A stretch of 64,000 bases of DNA, taken from NCBI GenBank assembly GCA_963744145.1, contig CAVUSO010000001.1, positions 2,944,001 to 3,008,000 of the forward strand, written 5' to 3'. This document shows, one piece after another, positions 1-11,025 of this stretch. Under the pieces are notes generated by a model that did not search any database, was not told where the DNA came from, and saw only the letters and a program-made list of their open reading frames with translations. The translations under genes were made by a program, and so were the position numbers. Position 1 is the first letter of the stretch. Each line of letters begins with the position of its first letter. This DNA comes from an uncultured cyanobacterium (lineage in GTDB: Bacteria; Cyanobacteriota; Cyanobacteriia; Cyanobacteriales; CAWUOF01).

Positions 1-101
1 AGCAAAGTAAAAATTACTTGCCAAGATAGGGGGTTTTTAGACTTTTCCTTTAACATCTCTACGGGGATTTCCTCTGGTTGATTGCTGATAGTTTGTGCCA
101 T
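1..101 (-). CDS. potC: Polyamine ABC transporter permease, N-terminus only (runs off window)
   Basis: ATG at 101 reads MAQTISNQPEEIPVEMLKEKSKNPLSWQVIFTL; position directly after potB in a potA-potD-potB operon. Confidence 0.6.
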   Translation of the reverse strand, partial: MAQTISNQPEEIPVEMLKEKSKNPLSWQVIFTL

Positions 102-134
102 TAAGTTTCACCTAATTATTCTTGATCCTTAACC

Positions 135-1073
135 TTAACGTTTGGGATTCATTTCCCCAAATTTAATTAAAAGTGCGATCGCAATACTGACAGCAAAAAT
201 CAACACCATGCTTAAAGCTGAACCAAAACCCCAGTTTTGAGTTGCTCCCAGAAACTGGTTATAAATTAAACGAGCCATCGTCATACTCGAAGCACCACCG
301 AGTAATTCCGGATCGACAAAATCTCCTAAACAAGAGATAAAAACCAATAAGGAACCAGCTGCTATTCCTGGTAAACTTTGAGGTACAGTGACTTTCCAGA
401 AAGTTTGAATTGGATTAGCACCTAAATCAGCCGAAGCTTCTAACAAGCGCCGATCTAACTTTTCTAGGGAAGCATAAAGAATCGTCACAATATAAGGTAA
501 ATAGCTGTAACTCATCCCAATAAAAACTGCGGGAGCAGAGTTAAGAATTTCTAATTTAGGTAAATGCAAAAAACCTAAAAACGAATTCATTACACCTGTG
601 GGACGTAAAATCGTAATCCAAGCATAGGACCGGAGTAGGGATGAAGTCCAGAGCGGCAAAATAAAGCCTAATAGTAACAAATTTCGCCATCTTTTTGGTG
701 ATAACAAAGCAATCCAATAAGCTACAGGAAAACCGAGGAGCAAACAGATCACCGTTGTCCCCGCAGCTAAAAATAGCGATCGCAGCATTACCTGAAGATT
801 AATCGGCAGAAATTTAGCTGGATCACAGTCAACAAATCCCACCGTGAGACAATAATTTTGTAATCCGGTCGGATTAACAACATCCCCCGGATGGATATTC
901 CGAACTAAACTAAGTTCAAAAATTACCAAACTCGGCAATACCAACAAAAGAGTTAACCATAACCCAGCCGGAAATAGCAACACCAAAGGTCCGATTTTTT
1001 TAGACAATGATTGCCAAAATGACGGTTCTGAGTTGGTTGGTAAAGAGGCAGAATTTTTGGTAGATATAGTCAC
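135..1073 (-). CDS. potB: Spermidine/putrescine ABC transporter permease
   Basis: Multi-TM protein with EAA loop (LLEASADLGA) and LPLWTSSLLRSYAW motif; operon context. Confidence 0.9.
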   Translation of the reverse strand: MTISTKNSASLPTNSEPSFWQSLSKKIGPLVLLFPAGLWLTLLLVLPSLVIFELSLVRNIHPGDVVNPTGLQNYCLTVGFVDCDPAKFLPINLQVMLRSLFLAAGTTVICLLLGFPVAYWIALLSPKRWRNLLLLGFILPLWTSSLLRSYAWITILRPTGVMNSFLGFLHLPKLEILNSAPAVFIGMSYSYLPYIVTILYASLEKLDRRLLEASADLGANPIQTFWKVTVPQSLPGIAAGSLLVFISCLGDFVDPELLGGASSMTMARLIYNQFLGATQNWGFGSALSMVLIFAVSIAIALLIKFGEMNPKR

Positions 1074-1125
1074 AGATTCACCAACTTACTTGTTAATTAT
1101 CCATTCGGGCTGATTAAGGATTAAT

Positions 1126-2241
1126 TTAGCCGCTAGTCAATTGCGTCCATAGACGATCATAAATTTCTTCAGTCCCACGAGATAAAGGAGCAATTCCTTC
1201 ACATTTGGCTAGCAAAGACTCAGGGGGAAAGATCAACTCATTATTCTGCATTGCCGGCGGTAAGAGATGATAGGCTTCACGATTAGGAGTAGCAAAATTT
1301 AATCTGGCACTAATTTGAGCGCTAATCGCAGGTTGAAACATAAAATTGATCCATTTATAAGCCCACTCAGGATTAGGCGCATATTTGGGGATTACCATGG
1401 TATCCGTCCAGAGAGAAGTCCCACTGCGAGGGATAATAAATTTAAGATTGGAGTTACTTTTGATCACTTCGCTAGCATCAGCAGAATAACTCATCGCGAG
1501 GGATAGATCACCAACCGCAATTTGGGAACGCCAAGCATCAGAAGTAAAAGAAGCGATCGCTGGTTTTAGCTCCATCAAAGCTTGATAAGCTTGTTTAATT
1601 TCGGCGGGATTTTGAGAATTATAGGAATATCCTAATTTTTTTAAGGTTGCCCCCATCACTTCCCGCACATCATTAAGCAAGGTCAATCTTTTACTTAGTT
1701 CTTGTTTATGGTCCCACAGATAATTCCAATCTTCTGGGGGCGTTTTGAGCTTCTGGGGATTATAAATCAAACCAGTAGTGCCCCAACTGACGGGCACACT
1801 ATACTTATTGCCGGGATCATAAGCGGGATTTTGGAATTTGGGAGTAAGCTGATTGAAACCTTCGATTTGAGATTGATCGATTGGTGCTAATAAACCCAAA
1901 TCAGCCATTTTTTGCACCATATAATCAGATGGATAGATGATGCTATAGGCTGCACCACCTCCCGCTTCAATCCGGGCTAACATAGCCTCATTGGAATCGT
2001 AGACATCCGTCACTACAGGAATACCAGTTTGGGCACTAAAGCTATTGAGTAAATCCTCATCGCTATAGTTAGCCCAAGTGTAAATGTAAAGTTTATCCTT
2101 GGGACCGGAGGTCTGACGGACTTTCGCCAGAGTCCAGCCACAACTAGATAACATCATTCCCGAAAGCGCTGCTGCTGACGTTTGTAAAAAACTACGCCGA
2201 GTTGGGCGGTTTAGAGAAGAGGATAAGTTAGTCGGAGGCAC
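1126..2241 (-). CDS. potD: Spermidine/putrescine ABC transporter substrate-binding lipoprotein
   Basis: Tat-like TRRSFLQ plus lipobox LSSC; YTWANY, YDSNE, PSDYMV, WGTTG, WTDTMVIP motifs of PotD/PotF. Confidence 0.9.
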   Translation of the reverse strand: MPPTNLSSSLNRPTRRSFLQTSAAALSGMMLSSCGWTLAKVRQTSGPKDKLYIYTWANYSDEDLLNSFSAQTGIPVVTDVYDSNEAMLARIEAGGGAAYSIIYPSDYMVQKMADLGLLAPIDQSQIEGFNQLTPKFQNPAYDPGNKYSVPVSWGTTGLIYNPQKLKTPPEDWNYLWDHKQELSKRLTLLNDVREVMGATLKKLGYSYNSQNPAEIKQAYQALMELKPAIASFTSDAWRSQIAVGDLSLAMSYSADASEVIKSNSNLKFIIPRSGTSLWTDTMVIPKYAPNPEWAYKWINFMFQPAISAQISARLNFATPNREAYHLLPPAMQNNELIFPPESLLAKCEGIAPLSRGTEEIYDRLWTQLTSG

Positions 2242-2327
2242 AGTTTCCTTTCCATGGGTCGGATCTAACAGAACTTAAGAATTAGGTTAGCAAAATCGGG
2301 GTAGAAGAGAGGAGGAAACTACCACAA

Positions 2328-3459
2328 CTAACTGCCCACTAAAGCGATCGCATCGGTAGGATGCCAATAAGCATAGAGGGGAGTATCCATACTTGGCCAA
2401 TGACGTTCTGTATTTGGTTGTCGAACTGTAATCTGATCGCCTGTATTTAACTGCACAAAATAATGAACATGAGTGCCCAAATACATCACATTTTTCAGAA
2501 CGTCCTTCAAAGCAATTGACGGATACACTAGGCAGTTCCCAACTTAACTGAATTTTTTCTGGACGAACACTGACTACCACTTGATCAGTAGCTGAGTTAC
2601 TATAGACTTCTGGATGCTGAACTACAATTTTCAGTCCAGTTTTAGTGCCAATTTGCCAGGAATTAGCATCATTTGTGTCTATCCGACCGGAAAAAAGATT
2701 GGTTTCCCCAATAAAATCAGCTACAAAAGCCGTCCGGGGACGATTATAGATTTGATCAGGGGCACCTAGTTGTTCAACTCTGCCTTCATTCATGACGGCA
2801 ATCCGATCGGATAAAGACAGGGCTTCTTCTTGATCATGAGTAACCATGACAAAAGTCAATCCCAAATCTTGATGCAAATTGGAGAGTTCCATTTGCATTT
2901 CTTTGCGAAGTTTCAAATCCAAAGCCCCCAGAGGTTCATCTAACAACACAACTGCGGGCCGATTCACTAAAGCCCTGGCCAAAGCTACCCGTTGCTGTTG
3001 CCCCCCCGAAAGTTGAGCAGGATAACGTTTAGCAAAGGATTCCATCTTTACCAGTTTGAGAGCTTCTTTGACTCGTTCTTCTAGTTCTACCTGAGCGAGC
3101 CGTTTAATCTTGAGACCAAAAGCGATATTTTCCCAAACCGTCAAATGATTAAACAAAGCATAGCTTTGAAACACCGTATTAACTGGACGACGATAGGGAG
3201 GGGTGTGAGTCATTAACTGACCCCGAATCAAGACTTCTCCAGCCGAGGGGCTTTCAAAGCCAGCAATTAAACGAAGAGTAGTGGTCTTACCACAGCCAGA
3301 TGGGCCAAGAATACTGAAAAATTCGCCCTGGGCGATATCGAGGTCAACACCACGAACAGCTGTTTCACCATTGAAAACCTTAAAAACTTTACGGAGTTCA
3401 ACATCGATGGCCGTTTCAGCTAGGGTTGAGTATTGATTATGGGTAGCAGTTTGAGACAT
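2328..3459 (-). pseudogene. potA: Spermidine/putrescine ABC ATPase with a +1 frameshift near 2499-2500 (possibly a sequencing error)
   Basis: Walker A GPSGCGKT, LSGGQQQR, VLLDEP; removing one base joins VNCFEGR to LKNVMYLGTHVHYFV... (TOBE-like C-terminus in ORF 2328..2528). Confidence 0.8.
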
Positions 3460-3558
3460 AATAGCGAATTCCTGCGGTGATGCCTCTTTAATACTTTTTG
3501 TTTGATTGAGCAATCCGAATTGTTCCCAATATAATTCTTCCTCACAGTTTTTTGAAAT

Positions 3559-5403
3559 ATGACCTTAACTCAGTCTTCTTCCAGAATTAGTCACCAAACT
3601 TCTACACGCACAGTGGGACGGGATTTTCAGTCAATTATTTTGATGCTCCTGTTTACTTTGATGATGATTGGTGGTATTGGCTCTCGCTTGACCTTCCTCC
3701 AACTGGTTGAAGGCCAACATAATCGTCTGCTGGCCGAAAATAACCGGATTCGTTTGATTCCCAAACTCCCGGAACGGGGCCGCATTCTTGATCGTAAAGG
3801 CCGGATTTTGGCCACTAGCCGTCTGTCCCATGCGGTTTATGTATGGCCATTGATTCGGAAACATCCGTCATGGCCAAAAACCTTGAAGCGTCTGGCCCAA
3901 ATTCTGGAAATTCCGGCAGCCGATATTCAAAAACGCATGGAGCAAGCTGGTGATGCTTCCCCATTTTTAGTCCGGATTGCCCGGAGTCTCAATCCAGCCC
4001 AAGTAACAGCGATCGAAGAACAACGATTGGAATTAGAAGGGGTGGAAGTTGATTCAGAAGTGGTGCGCTATTACCCCAATGGAGATTTAGCCTCTCACAT
4101 TCTGGGTTATACCGGAGAAATGACTGACGAAGAATTAGATAAGCTCCATGATAAAGGTTATCGCTTGGGTGATGTGATTGGTCAAATGGGAGTGGAAGCA
4201 GCGTTTGAAGACCAATTACGGGGAGAATGGGGTGGTCAACAGGTTGAGGTTGATGGTGCAGGTCAAATATTAAGGGTTTTAGGACAAAAACCGGCTCAAG
4301 CTGGCAATGATGTGCATTTAACCATAGATATTGATTTACAGCGGGTAGCGGAGAATGCACTTGGGGATACCAAAGGGGCGATCGTCGTTCTTGATCCGGA
4401 AAATGGGGCAGTTTTAGCCATGGCTAGTCGTCCGGCTTTCGATCCTAACTTATTTTCTGGTCGGATTTCTGAAACTGCTTGGAAACGTTTACAAAATGAA
4501 GACCACCCTTTTGTTAACCGAGCTTTGCAAGGCTTTCCCCCTGCTAGTACATTTAAGATTATTACTACTACTGCTGGAATTGAATCGGGCAAATTCTCGG
4601 CTGATAGCGTAATCGATACATACGGCTCAATTATGGTCGGTGGGATTGAGTTTGCTGATTGGAACCATGCTGGTTTTGGTCCTCTAGATTTTGTGGGCGC
4701 TCTGACCTGGAGTAGTGATACGTTCTTTTATCAAATTGGGATGGGCGTTGGCGGGCCGACTTTAATCGAGTGGACTAGAAAATTTGGGTTTGGTCAAAAA
4801 ACCGGAATTGAGTTAGGTAAGGAAGAAGCTGCTGGTTTAGTTGCTGATGAAGAATGGAAGAAGCAGGAAATTGGCGAAGGTTGGTATTTAGGTGATACGG
4901 TGAATATGTCTATTGGTCAAGGTTTTCTGCAAGTTACTCCCATTCAAGCTGCGGTGATGTTTTCGGTGCCCGCTAATGGTGGATATCGGGTTAAACCGCA
5001 TATTCTCAAAGATAATGAATCTAATCGAAATTGGCGGGAATCTTTACATTTAAAACCGGAAACAATTCAGGTTTTACGAGAAGGTTTACGGGGTGTGGTT
5101 AATGGTGGGACTGGAGCAGTTCTAAATGTTACTACTATTCCCCCTGCTGCTGGTAAAAGTGGTACAGCCGAAGATCCCCCACGTTTATCTCATACTTGGT
5201 TTGGTGCTTATGCACCTGCTAATAAACCAGAAATTGTGGCTGTTGCTTTTGGGGAAAATTCTGGTGGTGGTGGTGGTTCTTTTGCTGCACCAAAAGTCCT
5301 TCAGGTATTAGAATATTATTTTAAAGCTAAAAAAGGTGGCAAACCTACACCTTTAGAATCCTCGATCCCGACCGAATCTATACCTGTTGATAATTCTCAC
5401 TAG
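3559..5403 (+). CDS. mrdA: Penicillin-binding protein 2 (transpeptidase)
   Basis: N-terminal TM, RGRILDR, SxxK (STFK), SSD, KSGT motifs. Confidence 0.92.
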   Translation: MTLTQSSSRISHQTSTRTVGRDFQSIILMLLFTLMMIGGIGSRLTFLQLVEGQHNRLLAENNRIRLIPKLPERGRILDRKGRILATSRLSHAVYVWPLIRKHPSWPKTLKRLAQILEIPAADIQKRMEQAGDASPFLVRIARSLNPAQVTAIEEQRLELEGVEVDSEVVRYYPNGDLASHILGYTGEMTDEELDKLHDKGYRLGDVIGQMGVEAAFEDQLRGEWGGQQVEVDGAGQILRVLGQKPAQAGNDVHLTIDIDLQRVAENALGDTKGAIVVLDPENGAVLAMASRPAFDPNLFSGRISETAWKRLQNEDHPFVNRALQGFPPASTFKIITTTAGIESGKFSADSVIDTYGSIMVGGIEFADWNHAGFGPLDFVGALTWSSDTFFYQIGMGVGGPTLIEWTRKFGFGQKTGIELGKEEAAGLVADEEWKKQEIGEGWYLGDTVNMSIGQGFLQVTPIQAAVMFSVPANGGYRVKPHILKDNESNRNWRESLHLKPETIQVLREGLRGVVNGGTGAVLNVTTIPPAAGKSGTAEDPPRLSHTWFGAYAPANKPEIVAVAFGENSGGGGGSFAAPKVLQVLEYYFKAKKGGKPTPLESSIPTESIPVDNSH

Positions 5404-5472
5404 CTTGGCGATCGAAGAAATTTTCGGTTTAACAAATTAGCTATTTTTGCTGTTAGTGGTTGGTTTTTGCTC

Positions 5473-5502
5473 ACCGACCAAATTCATCAGAATTTGGTCG
5501 GT
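5473..5502. terminator. Hairpin between convergent genes
   Basis: Perfect 13-bp stem accgaccaaattc / gaatttggtcggt with 4-nt loop. Confidence 0.6.
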
Positions 5503-5518
5503 AAATAGATCACAGGTT

Positions 5519-6514
5519 CTAGAAGTTATAACCAATTCCTAAACGCGCTTCTGCATCAACATTGTCGAGAAACAGTAAATTGACTGCGCCTGTGAAGGTA
5601 AAATTGTTACTCAAAACGTAATCAACGCCACCCGTGAGCATAAAATCAAACTGAGTATCAGAGTTATTGCTCGTATCTACTGACACGGTCACTCCAGCAC
5701 CAGCAAAAGGAGAGAGTTGATCTAGTGGTGTTTGTGTCTCCAGGTTGAGTTGGGGAAAATCTAAAGTTATGGGAAGACGGATATCTAAACCATCACTAAA
5801 TGCTACTGAAGGACGCACCGACACGGTAAATTGTGAATCCTTCCAATCAATGTCGTAGAGTTTCAATTTGCTGACGATCGCAAATCGGACGGGATCTCCT
5901 ATTTGCACACCAACACCTAAGTAGTTATCTCCCGCTCGTCCATTATTGAAAAATCGATGTTCTTGAGGAACAGCATGAGGTGTCGGTTGGACTACTGGTG
6001 TCGTCGGTTGGACTACTGGTGTCGTTGGTTGGACTACTGGTGTCGTTGGTTGGATTACTGGTGCTGGTTGGATTACTGGTGCTGGTTGGATTACTGGTGC
6101 TGGTTGGACTGTCGATGGGTCTACACTGATCAAATCAGCTGCTGAAGTTGAAATTTTTGAATTTAAAGTTGGATAATTAGCGATCGGTTGACTGGGACTT
6201 TTTGATGTAATATCAACTGCTGGGGAAATGATGGACTGATTATTAGCAATTTGAAAGTGCGGTGCTGTACCTGACTTGATTAATTTATCTAGATTTGGGA
6301 GCTGAAAATCAGTTGCGTGAAAATTTGATTCTCCCGTGAATGTCCTTGGCTGGGCTGGGACAACAGTTTCACTTAGTTGAGATGTTGCTGTACTATATGC
6401 TAAAGGGCTGTTCCCTGTTTCCGCTTGAGCTGATAAGCTAACAACCATAGTGCTCAATGCGGTAAAACTGATGATTGAAGGTAAATGCCTGATAAAACTT
6501 GGTTTCACGGTCAC
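5519..6514 (-). CDS. Secreted protein with Pro-rich linker and C-terminal outer-membrane beta-barrel-like domain
   Basis: Signal peptide (AQA), QPAPVI/QPTTPVV repeats, alternating beta pattern ending in GIGYNF. Confidence 0.7.
   Translation of the reverse strand: MTVKPSFIRHLPSIISFTALSTMVVSLSAQAETGNSPLAYSTATSQLSETVVPAQPRTFTGESNFHATDFQLPNLDKLIKSGTAPHFQIANNQSIISPAVDITSKSPSQPIANYPTLNSKISTSAADLISVDPSTVQPAPVIQPAPVIQPAPVIQPTTPVVQPTTPVVQPTTPVVQPTPHAVPQEHRFFNNGRAGDNYLGVGVQIGDPVRFAIVSKLKLYDIDWKDSQFTVSVRPSVAFSDGLDIRLPITLDFPQLNLETQTPLDQLSPFAGAGVTVSVDTSNNSDTQFDFMLTGGVDYVLSNNFTFTGAVNLLFLDNVDAEARLGIGYNF
5982..6110. repeat. Intragenic tandem repeats (about 3x 21 bp and 3x 18 bp)
   Basis: ggttggactactggtgtcgt(c/t) and tggttggattactggtgc units encoding QPTTPVV and QPAPVI. 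Confidence 0.9.
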
Positions 6515-6842
6515 TCCTCTCTGGTAATCGGTTTTACAATTGGAAAAAGCGCCGAAACTAAGCTATCTGCACAGATTAGCTCAATGTTTGGGCTTTTATT
6601 GGACTAAATTGCCCAAGTCCTAACCTGGGATATCTAGATTCTGCTGTTAATTTACAGGATACTAGGTGAGACTGCCAATAGTTTGTGTTCAGTGTTCAGG
6701 ATAATTTATTGTACACTAACAGCCAAATTTTAGCCTTTGTATGCTTTTAGACTATTAAGATATTACCAACTACTATTCTTTCGATCATCTTTACTCCCCC
6801 ATTAATTTTCCCAATCCAATTTGTTAATTGGCTTTATTTTTC

Positions 6843-8732
6843 TTAACGAAAAGAATTAATCTGACGATCTAACTCTACTATCTTTTGTTCGATCGCAGAA
6901 AGTTCCTGATGGTACTTTTCCGCGAGCTCACGATCTTTAGAAATGTCGGTTTTTTTCCACAATTCTAAAATTTGACTACGGTGTTTATCATACATTATTC
7001 GTTCCATCTGAGTAGCTGCATCTTGGATTAATTCACTAGCCCGAATTAGATCCCGTTCTGTATACTCATCTAAATGAAATAAGTGAAAAACTTGTTTCAT
7101 TTGAGTGGGAAATTCGATCAACAAGTCTTGCAATTTCGAGATTAAATCAGGTTGTTCAGTTTCAGATATTGGTCGTAATTTTAAAAGCTGTTGCCACAAA
7201 AAACGGTGATGGGATAGACTAAATTGCAGATCCTTTTCTTCTAACAGATTAATGATCCTTTGACGTTGTTCGCTACAGTGGAGATAAAGACGTAAAAGTA
7301 AAGCTTCAGCTTTTTCTAATAAAATGGAATCGGAACCAACTGAAAGTGCTGGGGTGCGATCGCGTTTTAGTTTACCAACTAGTTGCGGTTCTAATTGTTT
7401 TTTCAATTGAGCAATCAGTCGCAAAACCATTCGTGATTTTCCCTGACTTAAAATCTCTGCACATCTGCTTAAATAATGAGTCCGCTGATTCTCATTAGTA
7501 ATCTGATTCAGCAACTTTACCATACCCTGAAAAACTTGTTGATACTGATCTGCTTGTTTCAGGTCTTGATCAGTGAGCAGTTGTTCAATTTGCCAATCTA
7601 ACCAGAGAGGTGCATTTTGAAGTAATTCTTTATATGCTGTTGGATCAGATGTTTTCAGAAATTCATCCGCATCTTTACCAGTGGGAAGATTAATGATGCG
7701 GAGTTGTATTTCCCCAGCATATACTAAACTATAAATCCCTTCAACTGCCCGAAAAACAGCATTGTTACCCGCTCGATCAGCATCAAAATTAAAGACTATT
7801 TGTTTCGATTCAGTGTAGCGCAGTAATTGCCGGATTTGTTCAATATGCAGAGCTGTTCCGAGGGCCGCAACTACCTGATTAATTCCTCGGGAATGGAGAG
7901 CGATCGCATCAAAATATCCCTCGACAATAATAGCTTGATCTGATTTAGCGATCGCAGTTTTGGCTTTATCAATTGCAAATAATATTTGACTTTTATGAAA
8001 CAATTCTGTGTCGGGAGAATTGAGATATTTAGGTTGTTCATCTCCTAAACTTCTCCCCCCAAAACCAATAATACGTCCTTGGGGATCGTGAATGGGAATC
8101 ATCAACCGATTGCGAAATATATCATAGTAGCTATCTCCCGATTTGCGCGGTTTAATTAAGCCAGTTTTTTCCACTAATTCAGGTGGAAAACCTTTTTGTT
8201 TAACTAGATAACCATAAACTGTTTCCCACCCAGATGGTGCTAAACCGAGCTGAAAATATTGGATCGTTTCTTGACTGAGTTGTCGGTTAGTTTGTAAATA
8301 AGCTAAAGCTGAATTTCCGGGTTGAGCTAAAACATGTTGATAAAAACTGGCAGCGATCGCCAAAATTTCATATAATTGTTCTCGGAAATTAGCTTGACGC
8401 TGAAATTCTGCTTGCTGTTCAGGTGCTAGGGATTTGACCACAATCTGGTAGCGTCGTGCTAAATCTAGCAGCACATCAGAAAAAGAACGTTTTTCCAGAT
8501 CCATCAGGAATTTAATCCCATTCCCCCCCGATTGACACCCAAAGCAGTAGTACATCTGTTTATGGGGACTAACGGTAAAGCTGGGTGACTTTTCCTCATG
8601 GAATGGACATAACCCAACATAATCTTTACCACGCTTACGCAGTACCACCCGTTCGCCAATAATATCAACAATATCAGCGCGTTGTTTAATTTCTTCGATC
8701 GTGTCTGGATGTAGTCGCAGATTATAACCCAT
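6843..8732 (-). CDS. dnaG: DNA primase
   Basis: CPFH...CFGC zinc finger, PKYLNSPDT, EGYFD, FDAD, KDADE TOPRIM motifs. Confidence 0.97.
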   Translation of the reverse strand: MGYNLRLHPDTIEEIKQRADIVDIIGERVVLRKRGKDYVGLCPFHEEKSPSFTVSPHKQMYYCFGCQSGGNGIKFLMDLEKRSFSDVLLDLARRYQIVVKSLAPEQQAEFQRQANFREQLYEILAIAASFYQHVLAQPGNSALAYLQTNRQLSQETIQYFQLGLAPSGWETVYGYLVKQKGFPPELVEKTGLIKPRKSGDSYYDIFRNRLMIPIHDPQGRIIGFGGRSLGDEQPKYLNSPDTELFHKSQILFAIDKAKTAIAKSDQAIIVEGYFDAIALHSRGINQVVAALGTALHIEQIRQLLRYTESKQIVFNFDADRAGNNAVFRAVEGIYSLVYAGEIQLRIINLPTGKDADEFLKTSDPTAYKELLQNAPLWLDWQIEQLLTDQDLKQADQYQQVFQGMVKLLNQITNENQRTHYLSRCAEILSQGKSRMVLRLIAQLKKQLEPQLVGKLKRDRTPALSVGSDSILLEKAEALLLRLYLHCSEQRQRIINLLEEKDLQFSLSHHRFLWQQLLKLRPISETEQPDLISKLQDLLIEFPTQMKQVFHLFHLDEYTERDLIRASELIQDAATQMERIMYDKHRSQILELWKKTDISKDRELAEKYHQELSAIEQKIVELDRQINSFR

Positions 8733-9105
8733 CTATACTAGAAGAAATCAGGCAGTTCAAAACCAGGTTTGAGGTTTTGTAGATTTCCTCACCTAATCTT
8801 AACTGCCGGTGAATGCCTTATTTTAGCTAACTCATGTTGGCGATAATATCCTTATTTCATAGTTGTGCAACTATTTTGAAAAAAAAATTTACAAATCTAT
8901 CCGTATATATACTGAGGTAAGCACCACACCAGATCGCTTTAACCAGAAATAATCCGGGGAAATTTGGGAAAAACAATAATAGCAGGTCGAGCATCGGAAT
9001 TGTCAAATTAGAGGGTATATTTTGGGAAAAAAGCAATGTGAGCGGATCAAAACACCATTCCTAGATCCAGACATCACAAATGTAGCGCAAGCAAAAAGTA
9101 ACTTT

Positions 9106-10362
9106 ATGAAACATATTATGATTGGGTTGGTCTTAGTCGTAACGGGTTTGATGGTGATAATTAGCTCGGAAGTAGGTGGATTAAAAGCGGTCAGTCAACC
9201 AAGTCCAGCAGCTTCAGGAGAGTTAAAAGCTGACCTAGCAACGTTAGTAGATGGTAATAATACTTTTGCGATCGAACTTTATCACCAATTAGATGGGGAA
9301 AAAGGAAATATATTTTTTTCACCCCATAGTATTACCAGTGCGATCGCGATGACTGCTGCGGGTGCTAAAGGTGAGACCGCAGCTCAAATGAATAATATTA
9401 TCCATGTCAACCTAGATCAAGAACGTCTGACTCGAGTTTTTAGGGAATTAATGGCTAATCTGGAGGATAGTGACACCCAGAAAAATCGATTAACCATAGC
9501 AAATCGACTATGGAGTCAAAAAGGACTTACCTTGTTGGATTCTTTTGTGAAACTCACTACCGAAAAATATGGTACTCCCATCCAACAATTAGACTTTGAG
9601 GAATCTCCGGAAGCTGCTCGGATCACGATTAATAATTGGATCGCTAATCAAACTGAACAGAAAATTTTAAATTTCCTCCATCAAGGCATTATAGATAGCT
9701 TAACCAGGTTGGTATTAACTAATGCTATTTATTTTCAAGGGATCTGGTCTAGTCCTTTTGATTCTACCCAAACGATCCCAGAATTATTTACTCTTCCAGG
9801 AGGTAAACAAGTCCAGGTCCAGATGATGCACCAACAAAGTGGTAACATCTTTGGTTATGCGGCGATTGATGGGATGCAAATATTAGAAATGTGTTATGTT
9901 GGTGAGAAGTTATCGCTAGTTGTATTATTACCAGATGATGTAAATGGGCTCGGTCAGCTAGAAGAACAAATGACGCTAGAAAATCTGAAAAAGTGGCTAT
10001 CAAGTTTTTCCTATGATGAGCAAATTGCTGTCTCGATCCCTAAGTTCAATGTAAATACAGAGTTTGATTTGAAAAAAAAGCTTTCCCAACTGGGAATGTC
10101 TTTAGCGTTTACTACTGCTGCTGATTTTTCTGGGATTAATGGTCAAAAAGACCTATACATTTCCGCTGCAGTTCATGAAGCTTTTGTCAACGTCAATGAA
10201 AATGGTACTGAAGCTATAGCCAGTAGTGCTGTGATCGGCTCAACTAGAGGAGGTGGAAACTGGAAAATTTTTCGAGTTGATCATCCATTTATCTTTATTA
10301 TTCGCGATCGGGAATCTGGTACTATTTTGTTTCTTGGTCGTCTAGTCAATCCCTTAACATAA
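9106..10362 (+). CDS. Secreted serpin (serine protease inhibitor)
   Basis: NIFFSPHS, NAIYFQGIW, hinge VNENGTEA, FRVDHPFIF, ILFLGR; hydrophobic N-terminus from ATG 9106 (ORF track starts at TTG 9022). Confidence 0.92.
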   Translation: MKHIMIGLVLVVTGLMVIISSEVGGLKAVSQPSPAASGELKADLATLVDGNNTFAIELYHQLDGEKGNIFFSPHSITSAIAMTAAGAKGETAAQMNNIIHVNLDQERLTRVFRELMANLEDSDTQKNRLTIANRLWSQKGLTLLDSFVKLTTEKYGTPIQQLDFEESPEAARITINNWIANQTEQKILNFLHQGIIDSLTRLVLTNAIYFQGIWSSPFDSTQTIPELFTLPGGKQVQVQMMHQQSGNIFGYAAIDGMQILEMCYVGEKLSLVVLLPDDVNGLGQLEEQMTLENLKKWLSSFSYDEQIAVSIPKFNVNTEFDLKKKLSQLGMSLAFTTAADFSGINGQKDLYISAAVHEAFVNVNENGTEAIASSAVIGSTRGGGNWKIFRVDHPFIFIIRDRESGTILFLGRLVNPLT

Positions 10363-10425
10363 TTTTAAATCTTACCATTGATTTCCTGCCCAATATGGAG
10401 CCTAATCAAAACTGATTTTAATTAG

Positions 10426-11025
10426 TTATTTTTTCGACCAAAAATCTGTAACTTCATAACCTAAATCCTGAAGCATTTGCCGGAATAGAGGTAAACTCAG
10501 ACCAATCACATTACTGTGACAACCGCTAATTTTTTCGATGAATAAACCTCCTTGACCTTCTAGAGCAAAACATCCAGCACAGTTAAGAGGTTCACCTGTA
10601 TGGACATAAGCTGCAATTTCCTGATCGCTAATCGGGGCAAAATTTACCTCAGTAACTTGATATTTCACCAAAGTTTGTGATTTGGATAAGTCAATTAAAG
10701 CATGACCAGTATAGAGTTGACCGATTTTGCCCCTGAGCCGATACCACCTGGCGATCGCGTCATCATGGTCAATGGGTTTACCATGAATTTCGCCATCAAC
10801 GACTAAAATTGAATCACATCCTATAATTAAACCAGTTTGTAAGCGATTAGCTACGGTTTGTGCTTTATTACGGGCTAAAGTTTGCACTAATTCGATCGGA
10901 TCACTGATTTTAATTTGAGATTCATCGAAATCACTTGGAGCAACAATTGGTTCAATTCCAGCATTTTGTAATAAGCGTAGACGAGCACCAGAAGCAGAAG
11001 CAAGGATTAGGTGTGGAATGTGCAT
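10426..11025 (-). CDS. maf: Maf family nucleoside triphosphate pyrophosphatase
   Basis: [24 protein letters not shown] motifs; ATG at 11025. Confidence 0.9.
   Translation of the reverse strand: MHIPHLILASASGARLRLLQNAGIEPIVAPSDFDESQIKISDPIELVQTLARNKAQTVANRLQTGLIIGCDSILVVDGEIHGKPIDHDDAIARWYRLRGKIGQLYTGHALIDLSKSQTLVKYQVTEVNFAPISDQEIAAYVHTGEPLNCAGCFALEGQGGLFIEKISGCHSNVIGLSLPLFRQMLQDLGYEVTDFWSKK

Noticed and set aside
5957..6145. LDYWC repeat peptide on + strand
   Set aside because: Antisense translation of the Pro-rich repeats of the minus-strand gene
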